From Sminthopsis crassicaudata (taxonomy: Eukaryota): DNA of 64,000 bases. Below the pieces are notes generated by a model. That model was not told the origin of the DNA, did no database searches, and saw only the letters and a program-made list of their open reading frames with translations. The position numbers were made by a program, and so were the translations under genes. Of the stretch, positions 47,821 through 60,792 are shown one piece after another; the stretch's first letter is position 1, and each line of letters opens with the position of its first letter. The stretch covers positions 238,731,198 to 238,795,197 of the forward strand of contig NC_133622.1 of assembly GCF_048593235.1 (NCBI RefSeq), read 5' to 3'.

Positions 47821-50229
47821 GATAAAGCATATGAAAACCTAAATATGCTAAATTTCCTCAAAGACCCTTCTAAACCTGTCATTCAATGAGTGACTTTTTT
47901 TTTCTGGATAGGAAAAAATGGCTGATGGATGTAGATAAATATATTTTCTCTTAAAAGAAGAAAAAAGAAAACTAGGGCTTAAAATCTTCTTGGAAAAGGT
48001 GGTAAAGAAGTTGAGCCAAAGGCAAAAGCAACATCTCAAAGATTAAATTCTATTTAGTTTAAAATAATTCTTCTGTATTTTAAGAGACATTGATACTTCT
48101 TAGAATAATTTAATTTATTCTACTTGCATTTTCACTTTTAACAACAAAAGGGAGAAAATAATAGTCCTAAATTAATAATTAGTTATTAAAATGACATATA
48201 TGAATTTCTCCTCATACCATCTGATATATTTGCTTTTTTCATAATTATTGGTGTGTTATTTTTGTTTTCTCTTAATGATCTTATATAGAGAACTTCAATA
48301 GAGAAAAGTATTTTATCTAAAACAAATTTGCAATTGTTCCAAAAAGAATCATCTTAAAGTTGCCTCAGGCACCCAGAACTTGAGTGATTTAATTAGGCTT
48401 ACCTAGAAAGTATCTGTCAATGGTTACACTTAAATTTATTTATTTTTTCCCTGAATCTGAAGGAATTGATACCTTATAGTTTTAAGTCACTTAGTAATTA
48501 TGTGCCACATTATTGTTGTATTGAATGCATATTTGGCAGAGAATTATGATGGTGCTGAATGTCATAAAGCAATTATAAAATTTAGATCAAACAGCCACTT
48601 GCAATTCTTGAATCTAAAACGATTCAGTGCCCCAAATTTTGACTGAGCTTGTAAATGATCTTTGTTCCCATCCCAGCTACAATCCCCAAATCTATTAAGG
48701 AGCGTTTCTGAATCTCTGACTGATCTAAGTCTCCATGAATATTGTAAAGTCTCCAAAAAAAGTTTTAAACCTGTCCTTGCATCTAATTCATGTCCATATT
48801 AAAGGAAGTTTCAATATATGTATGAATTCTTAAAATTTACAAAACATAATGAGGTAAGCAATCTCATACAAAGTAGAGCAATCGGTGTAAGACGAAAAAC
48901 AATGGAAAGTATATGTATATAGGAAGAAACTTACATTATTTCAGATGACAAGATTGATTCAGTCAGGATATCCTCTCATAAAAACAAATGAACAAACAAA
49001 CATTGTGTGATGAAGTCTATACTGCTGCCCCACCACCCTTCGTAACAGATACCTATTTCAATTGTATCACAGAAAAAGAGGTGCATGAGGAATATGCACT
49101 TCATTCAAAGGTTACTTCATCATCTGGAAGAGGAATAAATCTTCTTCAATGCAGTATTTATTCACAGAAATGTGTCAAGGGGACTTATGGTCAAGAAAGA
49201 TTTCTTTTTCTCTCAGGTAGGAGTCAAGCAAAACACAAATAGATGACCAAATCTCTGGATACCACATCAGAACTTTCACTGAAAGAAACTTTTAGGGATC
49301 TTTTGTCTCATGTGCTTTGATTTTAAAGATGCGTGTGGGATCAGGGAATAGTTCCCAGAGGAATTTCAAAGGAGGCTATGAAAATGGGACAAACTTTGGT
49401 ACAAGGGGACTCCATTTTTTTCTTTTCTTTTTTTTAAGCCCATCCAGTATGTTCACCTGCCAGGTAAATTTTGCTATCTAGTTCCATCTCTTCCAATCCC
49501 ATAGGTGTATACCTATGCAACCTCAAGTCTCAGTCTTACTCAGCATTTCAACACAAGATCTGGGACTTCCTATCACCACAGCAGTCTTTTTGTTAGATAA
49601 TGTAGCTAGAGACAGGAAACATACAACACTTCTCTTTATTCTTTTTGTTCATAAATGAGTCAATTAAGCCAATAACAAGGGAGGCATGCTCATTTTTTTC
49701 AAAAAATCATTGTTACTTATTCTACTGGCATCTGATTTTTATTCCCATTAGTTTCGTTAGTTTCCATATTGCTCTTTTGAGTAATGTTTAAAAAAATGTG
49801 TAACCAAATAATTTCCTCTAATCCTGCAGTTCTGTAACATTTGAAAGTTGTTTTTCATCCTGGCAGGAATGAAAGTTTCCCTTGAAAAATTGTGGTGGAA
49901 AAAAGAGATTAAAAATACCTATTATGTTTATTTTTTAAAATATATTATAACATCTCCATGTGACATATAGGGATGGGAGTGGGAAACAGCCCTCAAAACA
50001 TTTAGGGTCCTTCTATATACTCATTTTCATTTATTGCATTAAATAGTTACCAATTACATTTTAATACATTCAGGTGGATTTGGACATTGGACTACATTAA
50101 ATTAAGCTGAAATTCACTAATAATATATGTAAACTTTAGCACATGGTACAAAATGTCATTTTAATAAATATAGAATAAAAAAAAGTACAGAACAAATGGT
50201 GAATGGTTAGACCAAAGTTATGTTAATAA

Positions 50230-50480
50230 AATAGTTTAAGGACCTTGTTGGCCCATAAACTCAACATGCACAATTTTGATGTATCATTCATAAAGCTACA
50301 GTAATGTTGGGCTGTATAATTAGATGTAGAGATTCTAGGCCCAGAGCATTATTAATCTCATTGTACACCATCTTTGTCAGCACTCATTTACAGTTTTCAA
50401 CTCTCAGTTCTGAAGCTTAAAAATGATATTCATATTCATAATGGTGAGAGTAGGACAACCAGTATGCTTAAAAGGCCTCC
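50230..50480 (+). mobile_element. L3/CR1 RT fragment (paralogous copy at ~56130-56380)
   Basis: gaccttgttggcccataaactcaacatg...ttgggctgtata...tgtacaccatctttgtcagc...acaaccagtatg follows the CR1 RT consensus. Confidence 0.6.
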
Positions 50481-51755
50481 TTCAAAGTCACATGAAAAGC
50501 ACATAGAGTAATAGAGAATAAAAAAACCTTGAAAATTAAAGAATCAAGGTGGACATGATAGTTTCAAGTATATAAATACATGTTATATGGAAAAGATTTA
50601 TGTTTTTTTCTTGTGCACAAAAGCAAAGAACCAAGAAGAATAAGAAAAATATATAAAGAAGCAAATGTTGACTTGGAGACAGGGAGAAAAAATAAAAATA
50701 CATCCACATACATCCTAAAATTTAGAGTAGTACATAGAAGATAAATATTCACAGACACACACAGAGACCCAAATAAATAGAGAGAAAGAGACAGAGACAG
50801 AGACAGATTGATAGAGAAAGACAGAGAGATACAGAGACAGAGACATAGAGATAGAAACATACAGAGGCAGGCAGAGATAGACAGAGCCATAGATAGAAAT
50901 ACAAAGCCAGAGAGAGGAGTCTTTCATGCCCTTGAACATTTTCAAAGAGAGTGCAGTTGACAGGGATTTCACATGGTCACATTCAAAGTATTTAAAACTT
51001 ATATTTATAAATGCATGGGCATAAAGAGTGCAAATAATGGGGATGAACAAATAGACAAGGATAATAATGTATGGAGGACAGTAGAATAGAGAAAGATTGT
51101 AACTAAAAATAATAAAGAAGAAATATGAGGGAATTAAAAAGAAAAAGCTGAATACATATATGGGCTACATTTTTAAACATTTCCTTAGGCTTCATTCTGA
51201 ACAATTTCAAATATCTAGAAATGATATAATAGTTCATGTAACCAAAGGATACTAAAAAATAATTCTTTTCATTCTGTATCATTGGAGGTAATTATTACTA
51301 AGACAGAACTGTACAAAAATACTATACTAGGTACCAATCCAGATAAAAAGAGATATAAACTAAGATTTCTGCTTTTCCTTCAAGACTTTGTAAATTTTAT
51401 ATAAACATCAATTCCTATAATGAGTGAAGAATAAAACATTTTCTACACTTTCTTTATATTTCTAATTTTTTTTCAAATAATGTGGGAAAATGGTTTCCAT
51501 TAATTATATAAGTTACATGCATGATGCAATAGTATGCATATTAGAATATAATTGATATCGGGCTTGCCTTCTCAATGAGTAAAGGAAAGATGAGAGAGTG
51601 AAAGGGAATTTGGAAACAAAAATAGTTTTAACTAATGTTATAAATAAATAAAAAGAATAAAAAACAAAGTTTATCCCTAAAAAGAAATGAAATATGAGAA
51701 TGCAGTCATTTTTTTTCAAATGTCCTTAGAGGAAAAATCAAATTAAAATGCATTT

Positions 51756-52685
51756 TTATTTGAATAGCAAAAACAATTTTGTTAACCACACCTTCTGCAT
51801 AGCATTTTTCATCTCTGTGTTTCTAAGTGTATAGATGAGAGGGTTCATCATGGGTGCAAAGATTGTGTAAAACATAGAGAACTCCTTATCATTTTGGCTA
51901 GCATTAGGCGGTGGAACATATGTGGCAATACAGGGTACGAAAAACAGAACAACAACCATAACATGGGAAGCACAAGTTGAGAGGGCTTTACGTCGAGCAT
52001 CAGAGGAATGGTTCCTGAGGTTATATAATATGACAATGTAAGATGCCACCAGGACCAAAAAGGTGGCTAAGACAACCATTCCAGTATTTGCAATGACTAA
52101 GATATTAGGGATGCGTGTGTCAGTGCAGACAAGTTTCAAGAGGGCTTTCACATCACATGCATAGTGATCCACTAGATTAGGGCCACAGAAAGGTAATCTA
52201 ATGACCATGATCATCTGGGCAATGGCATGCCAAAAGGCAACTAGCCAGGCCATTAGAAGCATCATGTTACATCTCTGTCTATTCACAATTATCATGTAAT
52301 GCAAAGGTTTACAAATGGCTACATAACGATCAAAGGCCATAGACACCAGAATGAACATTTCAACACTTGCAAGAAAATGAGAAGTAAAAAGTTGAGTCAT
52401 ACAACTATTATAGGAGATGTATTTTTGCTTGGCAATTAAGTCCCTGAGTAGTCTGGGAACCACAGTGGAAGTATAGGCAAGATCCATGTAAGATAAATGA
52501 CAGAGAAAATAGTACATAGGTTGCTGGATCAAATGACTACATATGATAGTGATGAAGATAATAACATTCCCAAAGACGATGGCACAATAGCAGAACAAAA
52601 AGATTATAAAACATGTCAGCTTAACCTCCTGGCTCTTGAACAGTCCCAAGAGAACAAATTCTGTGACATTGTTCTGATTTTCCAT
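51756..52685 (-). CDS. Olfactory receptor family 4, intact, 309 aa; 'OR-B3'
   Basis: All OR motifs present; ATG at 52685 (the track start at 52694 is TTG). Confidence 0.96.
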   Translation of the reverse strand: MENQNNVTEFVLLGLFKSQEVKLTCFIIFLFCYCAIVFGNVIIFITIICSHLIQQPMYYFLCHLSYMDLAYTSTVVPRLLRDLIAKQKYISYNSCMTQLFTSHFLASVEMFILVSMAFDRYVAICKPLHYMIIVNRQRCNMMLLMAWLVAFWHAIAQMIMVIRLPFCGPNLVDHYACDVKALLKLVCTDTRIPNILVIANTGMVVLATFLVLVASYIVILYNLRNHSSDARRKALSTCASHVMVVVLFFVPCIATYVPPPNASQNDKEFSMFYTIFAPMMNPLIYTLRNTEMKNAMQKVWLTKLFLLFK

Positions 52686-55600
52686 GTACTTCAATAATTT
52701 ACATATTTCTGGGAGAATTCTAATTTATCTGAAATTACATAAAATGTAATAAATTATCACTGGTTTGTGGTAAATATAAAGTTGCTTTTCAGATTATTTA
52801 AATGTACAATGCATTATTAGAGTAGATCCTTCTATAACTTTAAATTTGAGAAGAACAAAGAATATTCTTTATTTCAGCTAGATCCTAGAAACCATTTTGA
52901 GTATTAGGTAGTTCAACTGAATTCTTGTTAATGCTACTAAAATTCCTGTAGTCAAATGGTTTCAAAAATATTATACATCTATAAAAGTTATTCTTCTGTT
53001 ATGATAAATATGTAATATGAAAATTTATTTCTTATATAGATATAAAATCATGACAAACTAAAATTAGTATATTTATTGAAGAAAAAAGGAAATGTAAATG
53101 TGTCATAAATACATACATATATCCTAATTCATCAAAAAGTAATAGAAAATTAGAAAATACAGGATAATACATAGAAAATACAGGAAAGCTTAGAGAAAAT
53201 GTCATATTAAACTATTAAATTTCACTATCATAAATGTGATTTTAAAATGGTTTTTACATACCTTTAATAAATAAAAAAATAAATGAATGAAAATATTTTA
53301 AGGATATAAAATATATGTTTCAACCATGGAAATTAATAGTCCATGGCTCATTATATGTAACTAAAAGTTTGAATAGTTAACTAAGGGAAAGGGAAAACAT
53401 AAACAAAGAATTGACAAACAGATGCAAGTTTGTGGTCAAGCTGAGCTAGGAAAATGTATAGTTTCGCCACATATTGAAGATAATTTTATGCAAGTCTGAG
53501 AAAACATGGAGCCTTTTTTCCCCCTAAAGAGCATATCTTTTCCTGTGGAGCATCAAAATGTTTAAACTTTAGGGAAATTGAAGATGAAGTATTGGCAAAG
53601 AAGCCTAGTCAGGATGGATTTATAGGGCAATATGAAATAATATGCTATTTCTTCCCTCTCCCTCAGTCCATACTTTCCCACTCATTATCAATCTCCTTTT
53701 ATGTGTACAAGATGTGTTACTCTGATTCTTCTACAAGTGAAGGACTCTACTTCTTCCTCTTTTCTTTCAGGTCATTTTTTTTAATTTATCACTCTCCTAA
53801 TTTTTCTTTGGTTGTACCTTTGGAAAATAGTATATTGAGTCATTGATTCTGTATTCTGATACCTAAAGTGTTTCAGGACATGCAAGGATTTGATGCTTTC
53901 TTGAATACTGTTCTACTATCCTATTTTTAGTTAATACGAATTTGATTGATTATTCTAAAATATGGGAGAAAATACTTAAAAATATATTTCTAACAAACAA
54001 TGTCACAATGAAAAATTGGAGCCGCAGTATAGAGAATGACATTGCACTTGTGGTCTTCCAAAGGAGTCTTATTTCTATTCCTCTCTACTGTAGACAGCAG
54101 AAAACTAGACACTTGGAACAGATTCTGATGGTGGAGGGGGACATTATTGTGTTTATAATTTTCTTTATCCAGATAACTTGAGACCCTGAGTCTAGGTTAC
54201 TGTTGGGCATTTTTCATATATTATGTCCTAACACTTTTGTGTCAGAACAGCCAAAGCATCAATGAACTAGATGATGTTCAGTAAATGGTGAATTATTACT
54301 AATGAAAAGGAGAGAGGAAATCAAGGTGAGCAGGACATTTATAGGAAATGTCCTACAACTTTCCTTCTTTTATACATGGGAAGAGTGAGGCTTAAAGTAA
54401 TGAAACAGTATCTAAAATGCCTCAAGTATGAAGTAGGAAAGTAGAGGTTTAACCTGGTTCATTTGAGTTCAAGCCTATTATGCTAGCCATTTTGTAATAA
54501 AGAAACACATGCAGATAGTCTCAGAAAAAGAGACATATGGAAAGGAAGACAAAGGAAGAGACAAGAAAAAAAGAGAGACAGGAAAGAGAGAAGCCAGAAA
54601 AAGAGAGATAACAGAGAAATAAAGACAGAGGCAGAAAGCATATTATAATAGAAAAAGGGGGAAAGGGGGGGGGAATAGAGACAGACAGAGAAAGAAAAAA
54701 AAAAGAGAAAGAGACACAGAAATAGTGAGAGACAAGAGACAGAGGTAGAGAAAAAGGCAGAAAGAGATAGAAACAGAGAGAGGCAGAGAGACAGAAAAAA
54801 AGAGACAGATATAGAGAGAAACACACAGAGAGAGTATATGTATCTAGAAAGGAACTTACATTACTCCAGATGACAAGACTGATTCACTCTGGATGTTCAC
54901 TCATAAAACAAACAAAAATTGTTTCATGAAGCCTACACTGCAGCCTCAACCACCCTTCCTAACAGATATCTATTTAGATTGTGTCACAGTAAAGGGGGTG
55001 TATGATGTACATGTATTTCATTCAAAGGTTCCTTTATCACCTGGAAGAGGAATAGGTCTTCTTCATGGCAGTGTTGATTCACTGGAATGGGTCAAGGGGG
55101 ATTAATGATGAAGAATTATTTCTTTTGCTTATATAGGAGTCCAGAGCAACACAAATAGGTGGCAAAAACTCTGGACACCACATCAGAACTTTCCCCGAAA
55201 CAACCATTTAGGAGTCTATTGTCTTGTTCAGTCTGATTCTGAAGGTATATGTGTGATCAGGGTATTAACTCTCAGAGGTATTTCAAAACAACCTACCAAA
55301 TTGTAGCCATAGTACAATGACAAACTCTGATGCAGGAGGAAGCCATTTTTTCTTTTTCTTGTTGGCCCCTGTCAAATATGTTCCTGTCAGGTAACTTTGC
55401 TATCCAGGCCCACCCCTTCTAATCCTTTGGGTATATACCTATGTGTCTTCAAATCCCACTCTTACTCAGAATTTTAGAACATCTGGGATTTCATCAGCAC
55501 AGGAGTCTATTTGTTAGATGATGCATCTGGAGACAGAAAACATAGCATTTTCTTTCTTCTTTTTCCATATATTTGTGTCAATCAAGCCAATACCAAGTGA

Positions 55601-58004
55601 GTTGTGGTCAATTTTTAAAAGAATCATATGTTCCTTATTCCACTGGCATCTGATTTTGCTCCCATTAGTTTAATTTCCCATTAATTTTCAAATCACGCTT
55701 CTGAGTACCGTCTAAGGTGTATGTTAACGAACAAATTCAAGTAATGCTGCAGTCCCGTAGCACTTGACAGCTGTTTCTCTTCTTGCCAAGAATGAAAGTC
55801 TCCCTTGAAGAAGAATGGTGGAAATAATAGATTTAAAATATCTACTAGGTTTCCCTTAAAACCCCAAAATAACACCTTCATGTGATATGAGGAGATGGGA
55901 GTGGGGAATAGTCCTCACAACATACAGGGTCCTTCTGGATACTGCATTTTCTTTCGTGTTTAAAATATTCCCATATTATATTTTTATATGGTTCAGCTGG
56001 ATTTGGATATCATACAATACTGATTAAATGGAAATTCTATAAGTTTATAAGTAAATTTTTAGCACAGGTAAAAATCATCAATTTAATAAATACAGAATAA
56101 AAGATTTATGGTTTCAAGAATTCTTTTAATAAAATTGTTCAAGGACGATACTTGTCCACAAGTTCAACATGGATCATTTTGATGCATCTTTCATAGGGCT
56201 ACTGTCATTTTGGTGGCATAAATAAAGGTAGAGCTTCTAGGACCATGGAGTTATTAATCTCAGTGTACCCTGTATTTGTCAGCATTCATCTATATGTAGT
56301 CCATGTGTCAGTTCCAAGGTTTAAAAAAGATCCTGATAAGTTGAAAAATGGTGAGAGTATGACAACCAGTGTCATTTGAAGCACATGAGAAACACATAAA
56401 GTAATAGGACATAAAGGACCTGGGAAAGAAAAGAATCAAAATGGGCATGACAGTTTTAATGGACAGATGTGACATGGAAGAAAATTATTATTTTTTCTTT
56501 AAGCAGAAAGGGATAGAACCAAGAACAATAGGTAAAAGATCTACAGAATCAAATGTTGACATAGAGACAGGGTGAAAAAAATAGATACTTCCTAAAATTT
56601 AAAGCATTTCCAATGGAGATGGACAGAGAGACAGAGAAATAAACAGAGGCAGAGGCAGAGGCAGAGATACAGAGAAAGACAAAGAGAGACAGGGAGGACA
56701 GGGAAAGAGAGAACAACAGGGAGAGAGACAGGGAAAAAAGAAGCTGATGGAGAGACAGAGACAGAGAGGAGTCTTTCATCCTCTTGAACGTTTTCCAAGT
56801 GAGTACTGTGAGAGGAATTTGACATGGTGAATTTCAAAGAATTTATAACTTTATAACAAATTATAAATTTATAACAAATTAATATATAAATTGAAAAAAA
56901 AAGCTAAGATCTAGGAGAGTAAGTGATTTGGCAAAAGGTGTTTTGATAGTAAATTCTGTAAAATATGCTGTAGTTCTCATCTACAACACTTCCTCAACAG
57001 TCTGGTTCACATCAGCAATAAGCACTCCTCTACTTCCAATAGGAATTGTATTCATTAATTAAAATGTGAAATCAATGAGAGCATAAATCATCTTGTATTC
57101 CTAGAACTTCATGTATTAAGTTTTTCTCTCTCTTCTCTCCATTGATTCTCCCTTAATTCATCAAATTCAATATTCTTCCCATCATACTATTTGCTTTTCT
57201 TAAAATGCAGAAAGGAAATAAATCAATAAGTACATCATAAGCAGTTGAGAGGAGCCAAGAATTGTGATAAATACAAACAATGAAGTAAATGGGAAAAATC
57301 ATGACACCTCCTATTATCAAGGGAGCATGAATTTTAAATAAAAATGAAAACAAAAATTATTTTAGCTATAGAATGTGTAATTTCTAGAAATATAAATTTG
57401 AAAAAAAGCATTTAAACTTAGAATGTACTACATGCAGTTATTTGGGGGGAAAAAAACTTTCTCCAAAAGACAGAATTTGAACTAAATTGAGGAGGAAGTA
57501 TGGGAAGCTGAAAATAATAAAAGGAAATAATCAAGGCTTTGGAGACAGGGAAAACAAATACATGGATTTAAAATAGGGAGTGTAATTAATAAGAATCATT
57601 AAGTAAAGCAGGATAGTGCATGGAGGAGAGTAAAAGATAAAAAGATTTCAACTAAGAACAGTGCAGAAGAAACAATTTGTCCACTTTATATTTTTGCCTT
57701 TTTTTGAAAATAATATAGGGAAATATGTTTCATGTGTTTCATAAATTGCATAATTTACATGCACAATGCAATAGTTTGCATATTTCAATATAATAAGTAT
57801 GTGTCTTGTCTTCTCAATGAGTAAAGGAAAGATGAGAGGGTTGATAGGAATTTGGAAATAAAAAAAATATCTTTAACTAATACTATAAAAATAAAGAAAA
57901 AAAGAGTAAAAAAAAGTTCATCCTTAAAAAGAAATAAAAATGTGAGCATGTTATTTTTTTCAAAAGACTTTAAATGGAAAAAAAAATCAAATTACAATTT
58001 TGCT

Positions 58005-58934
58005 TTATTTGAATATCAAAAACAATTTTTCTAACCACACCTTCTGCATAGCATTTTTCATCTCTGTATTTCGTAGTGTATAGATGAGAGGGTTCATCAT
58101 GGGTGCAATGACTGTATAAAACATGGAGAACTCCTTATCATTTTGGTTAGCATTGGAAGGTGGGACGTAGGTGGCAATACAGGGCACAAAAAACAGAACA
58201 ACCACCATGACATGGGAAGCACAAGTTGAGAGGGCTTTACGTCGAGCATCAGAGGTATGGTTCCTGAGGTTATATAATATGACAATGTAAGATGCCACCA
58301 AAACCAGAAAGGTGACTAAGACAACCATTCCAGTATTTGCAATGACTAAGATATTAGGGATGCGTGTGTCAGTGCAGACAAGTTTCAAGAGGGCTTTTAC
58401 ATCACATATATAGTGATCCACTAGATTAGGGCCACAGAAAGGTAATCTAATGACCATGATCATCTGGGCAATGCCATGCCAAAAGGCAACTAGCCAGGCC
58501 ATTAGAAGCATTATGTTACATCTCTGTCTATTCACAATTATCATGTAATGTAAAGGTTTACAAATGGCTACATAACGATCAAAGGCCATAGACACCAGAA
58601 TGAAAACCTCAACACCTGCAAGAAAATGAGAAGTAAAAAGCTGAGTCATACAACTATTATAGGAGATGTATTTTTGCTTGGCAATTAAGTCCCTAAGTAG
58701 TCTGGGAACCACAGTGGAAGTATAGGCAAGATCCATGTAAGATAAATGACAGAGAAAATAGTACATCGGTTGCTGGATCAAATGACTACATATGATAGTG
58801 ATGAAGATAATAACATTCCCAAAGACGATGGCACAATAGCAGAACAAAAAGATTATAAAACATGTCATCTTAACCTTCTGGCTCTTGAACAGTCCCAAGA
58901 GAATAAATTCTGTGACATTGTTCTGATTTTCCAT
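58005..58934 (-). CDS. Olfactory receptor family 4, intact, 309 aa; 'OR-B4'
   Basis: All OR motifs present; ATG at 58934; about 95% amino-acid identity to 51756-52685. Confidence 0.96.
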   Translation of the reverse strand: MENQNNVTEFILLGLFKSQKVKMTCFIIFLFCYCAIVFGNVIIFITIICSHLIQQPMYYFLCHLSYMDLAYTSTVVPRLLRDLIAKQKYISYNSCMTQLFTSHFLAGVEVFILVSMAFDRYVAICKPLHYMIIVNRQRCNIMLLMAWLVAFWHGIAQMIMVIRLPFCGPNLVDHYICDVKALLKLVCTDTRIPNILVIANTGMVVLVTFLVLVASYIVILYNLRNHTSDARRKALSTCASHVMVVVLFFVPCIATYVPPSNANQNDKEFSMFYTVIAPMMNPLIYTLRNTEMKNAMQKVWLEKLFLIFK

Positions 58935-60214
58935 GTACTTCAATAATTTACATATATCCAGGAGAATTTTAATTTATCTGAAATAACATAAAATATGATA
59001 AATTATTACTGGTCTGTGGTAAATGTAAAGTTGCTTTTCAGATTATTTAAATGTACAATGCATTATTACAGTGGATCCTTCTATAACTTTAAATTTGAGA
59101 AGAACAAAGAATATTATTTCTAGATCCTAGAAACCATTTTGAATATTAGGTAGCTCAACTGAATTCTTTCTAATGCTACTAAAATTCCTGTAGTCAAATG
59201 GTTTCAAAAATATTATACATCTATAAAAGTTATTCCTCCATTATTATAATTAAATAACATGAAAATTGATTTCTTATTAGATATATAATCATGACAACAC
59301 TAAAATTAATATATTTAGTGATAAAAAGGAAATGTGTATGTGTGTTACACATACATGCAAATTCTTATTGATCAAAATGAACTATTAGAAAATACAGGAA
59401 TGTTTATAAGAAAATGGAATATTGAACTATTAAATATCACTATCATAAAAAAGTTATCTTAAAGTGATTTTAAATACATTTCATAAATAAAATATATGAA
59501 TTAATAAGAAAATATTTTAAAGTATAAAAATAATTTTCATGAAAATTAATAGTCCATGGCTCATTATATGTAACTAAAAGATTAAATAGTTAACACAAGA
59601 AGAAGAGAGAAATAAAGAATTGGCAAATAGGTGAAAGTGTCTTGCCAATCTGCATTGTAAAATTGAATAGGTCAAAAATATATTGAGGATAATTTTAAAT
59701 GTGTGTGAGAAAATAATGTGGGGCCATTTTTCTTCCTACAGAGCATATGCTTTGTAGCAGAGTTTATGCTGTTTAGTGGAATAAAGCTTAAACTTCAGGG
59801 CAATTGAAGATCAATATTGGCAAAGTAGTCTAGTCAGCAGGGATATGTAGGATAGAATGAAATGGTGTGCTCTCTTCCCTCTCCATCAGTCTATATTTTT
59901 TCCCTCTTTATCAATCTCCTTCTATGAATAGTAGATGTTTTACTCTGATTCTTTCAAGTCTTTTTGATTTATCTTCCTCCCTTCTGTTTTTTTTTCCCCT
60001 TTGGCCACCCCTTTGGTAAATGGCATATTGACTCATTGATTCTATATTCTGATACTTCAGTGTGCCAGGACTGGCAAGATCTGACCTCTTCTTGCATAGT
60101 GTTCTATTATCCTACTTTAGTTAATAAAATTTGGATTCATTGTTCTAAAATTTGGGGGGCAATACCTGCAAAAATATTTTTTACAAAAAATTTTACAGTC
60201 AAAAATTGGAGCCA

Positions 60215-60792
60215 CACAGCCCTTTTTTGTAGTAGCAAGAAATGAGAAACTGAGTGGGTGCCCATCAAGTGGAGAATGTTTGGGTAATTTATGGTAAATG
60301 AATGTTATGGAATGTTATTGTTCTATAAGAAATTATCAGCAAGATGATTTCAGAGACTTACATGAACTGATTATATCGTGATCAATTCGGATAGATGTGG
60401 CTCTTTTCAGTAATGAAATGATTCAGACCATTTCCAATGATCTTGTGATGAAAAGAGCAATCTATATCCAGAGAGAAAACTGTGGGAACTGAATGTGAAT
60501 TACAACAGCATTTTCACTCTTTTTGTTATTGTTTGCTTGAATTTTATTTTCTTTCTCATTATTTTTTTTCTTTTTTGATCTGATTTTTATTGTGCAGCAA
60601 TATAATTGTATAAATATGTATGCATATTTTGAATTTAATATTTATTTTACTATGTTTAACAATTGTATTAATTCCCATGAAGGGAAGGGGGTGGTATCAA
60701 GAGGGTGGGTAATTTGAACACAAGATTTTAAAAGAGTCAGTGTTTAAAATTTATCCATGCATATGTTTTGAAAATAAAAAAAAGCTTTAATG
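60215..60792 (+). mobile_element. 5'-truncated L1 3' end with a perfect 14-bp TSD
   Basis: AAAAATTGGAGCCA at 60201-60214 and 60793-60806; tail motif ttatccatgcatatgttttgaaaataaaa. The paralogous sites at ~46906 and ~54011 are empty. Confidence 0.9.

Noticed and set aside
51848-52697. Short ORFs overlapping the OR CDSs in other frames or strands, repeated in paralogs (e.g. 52497-52697 and 58746-58946)
   Set aside because: They recur only because the host OR genes are recent duplicates; there is no independent coding evidence.
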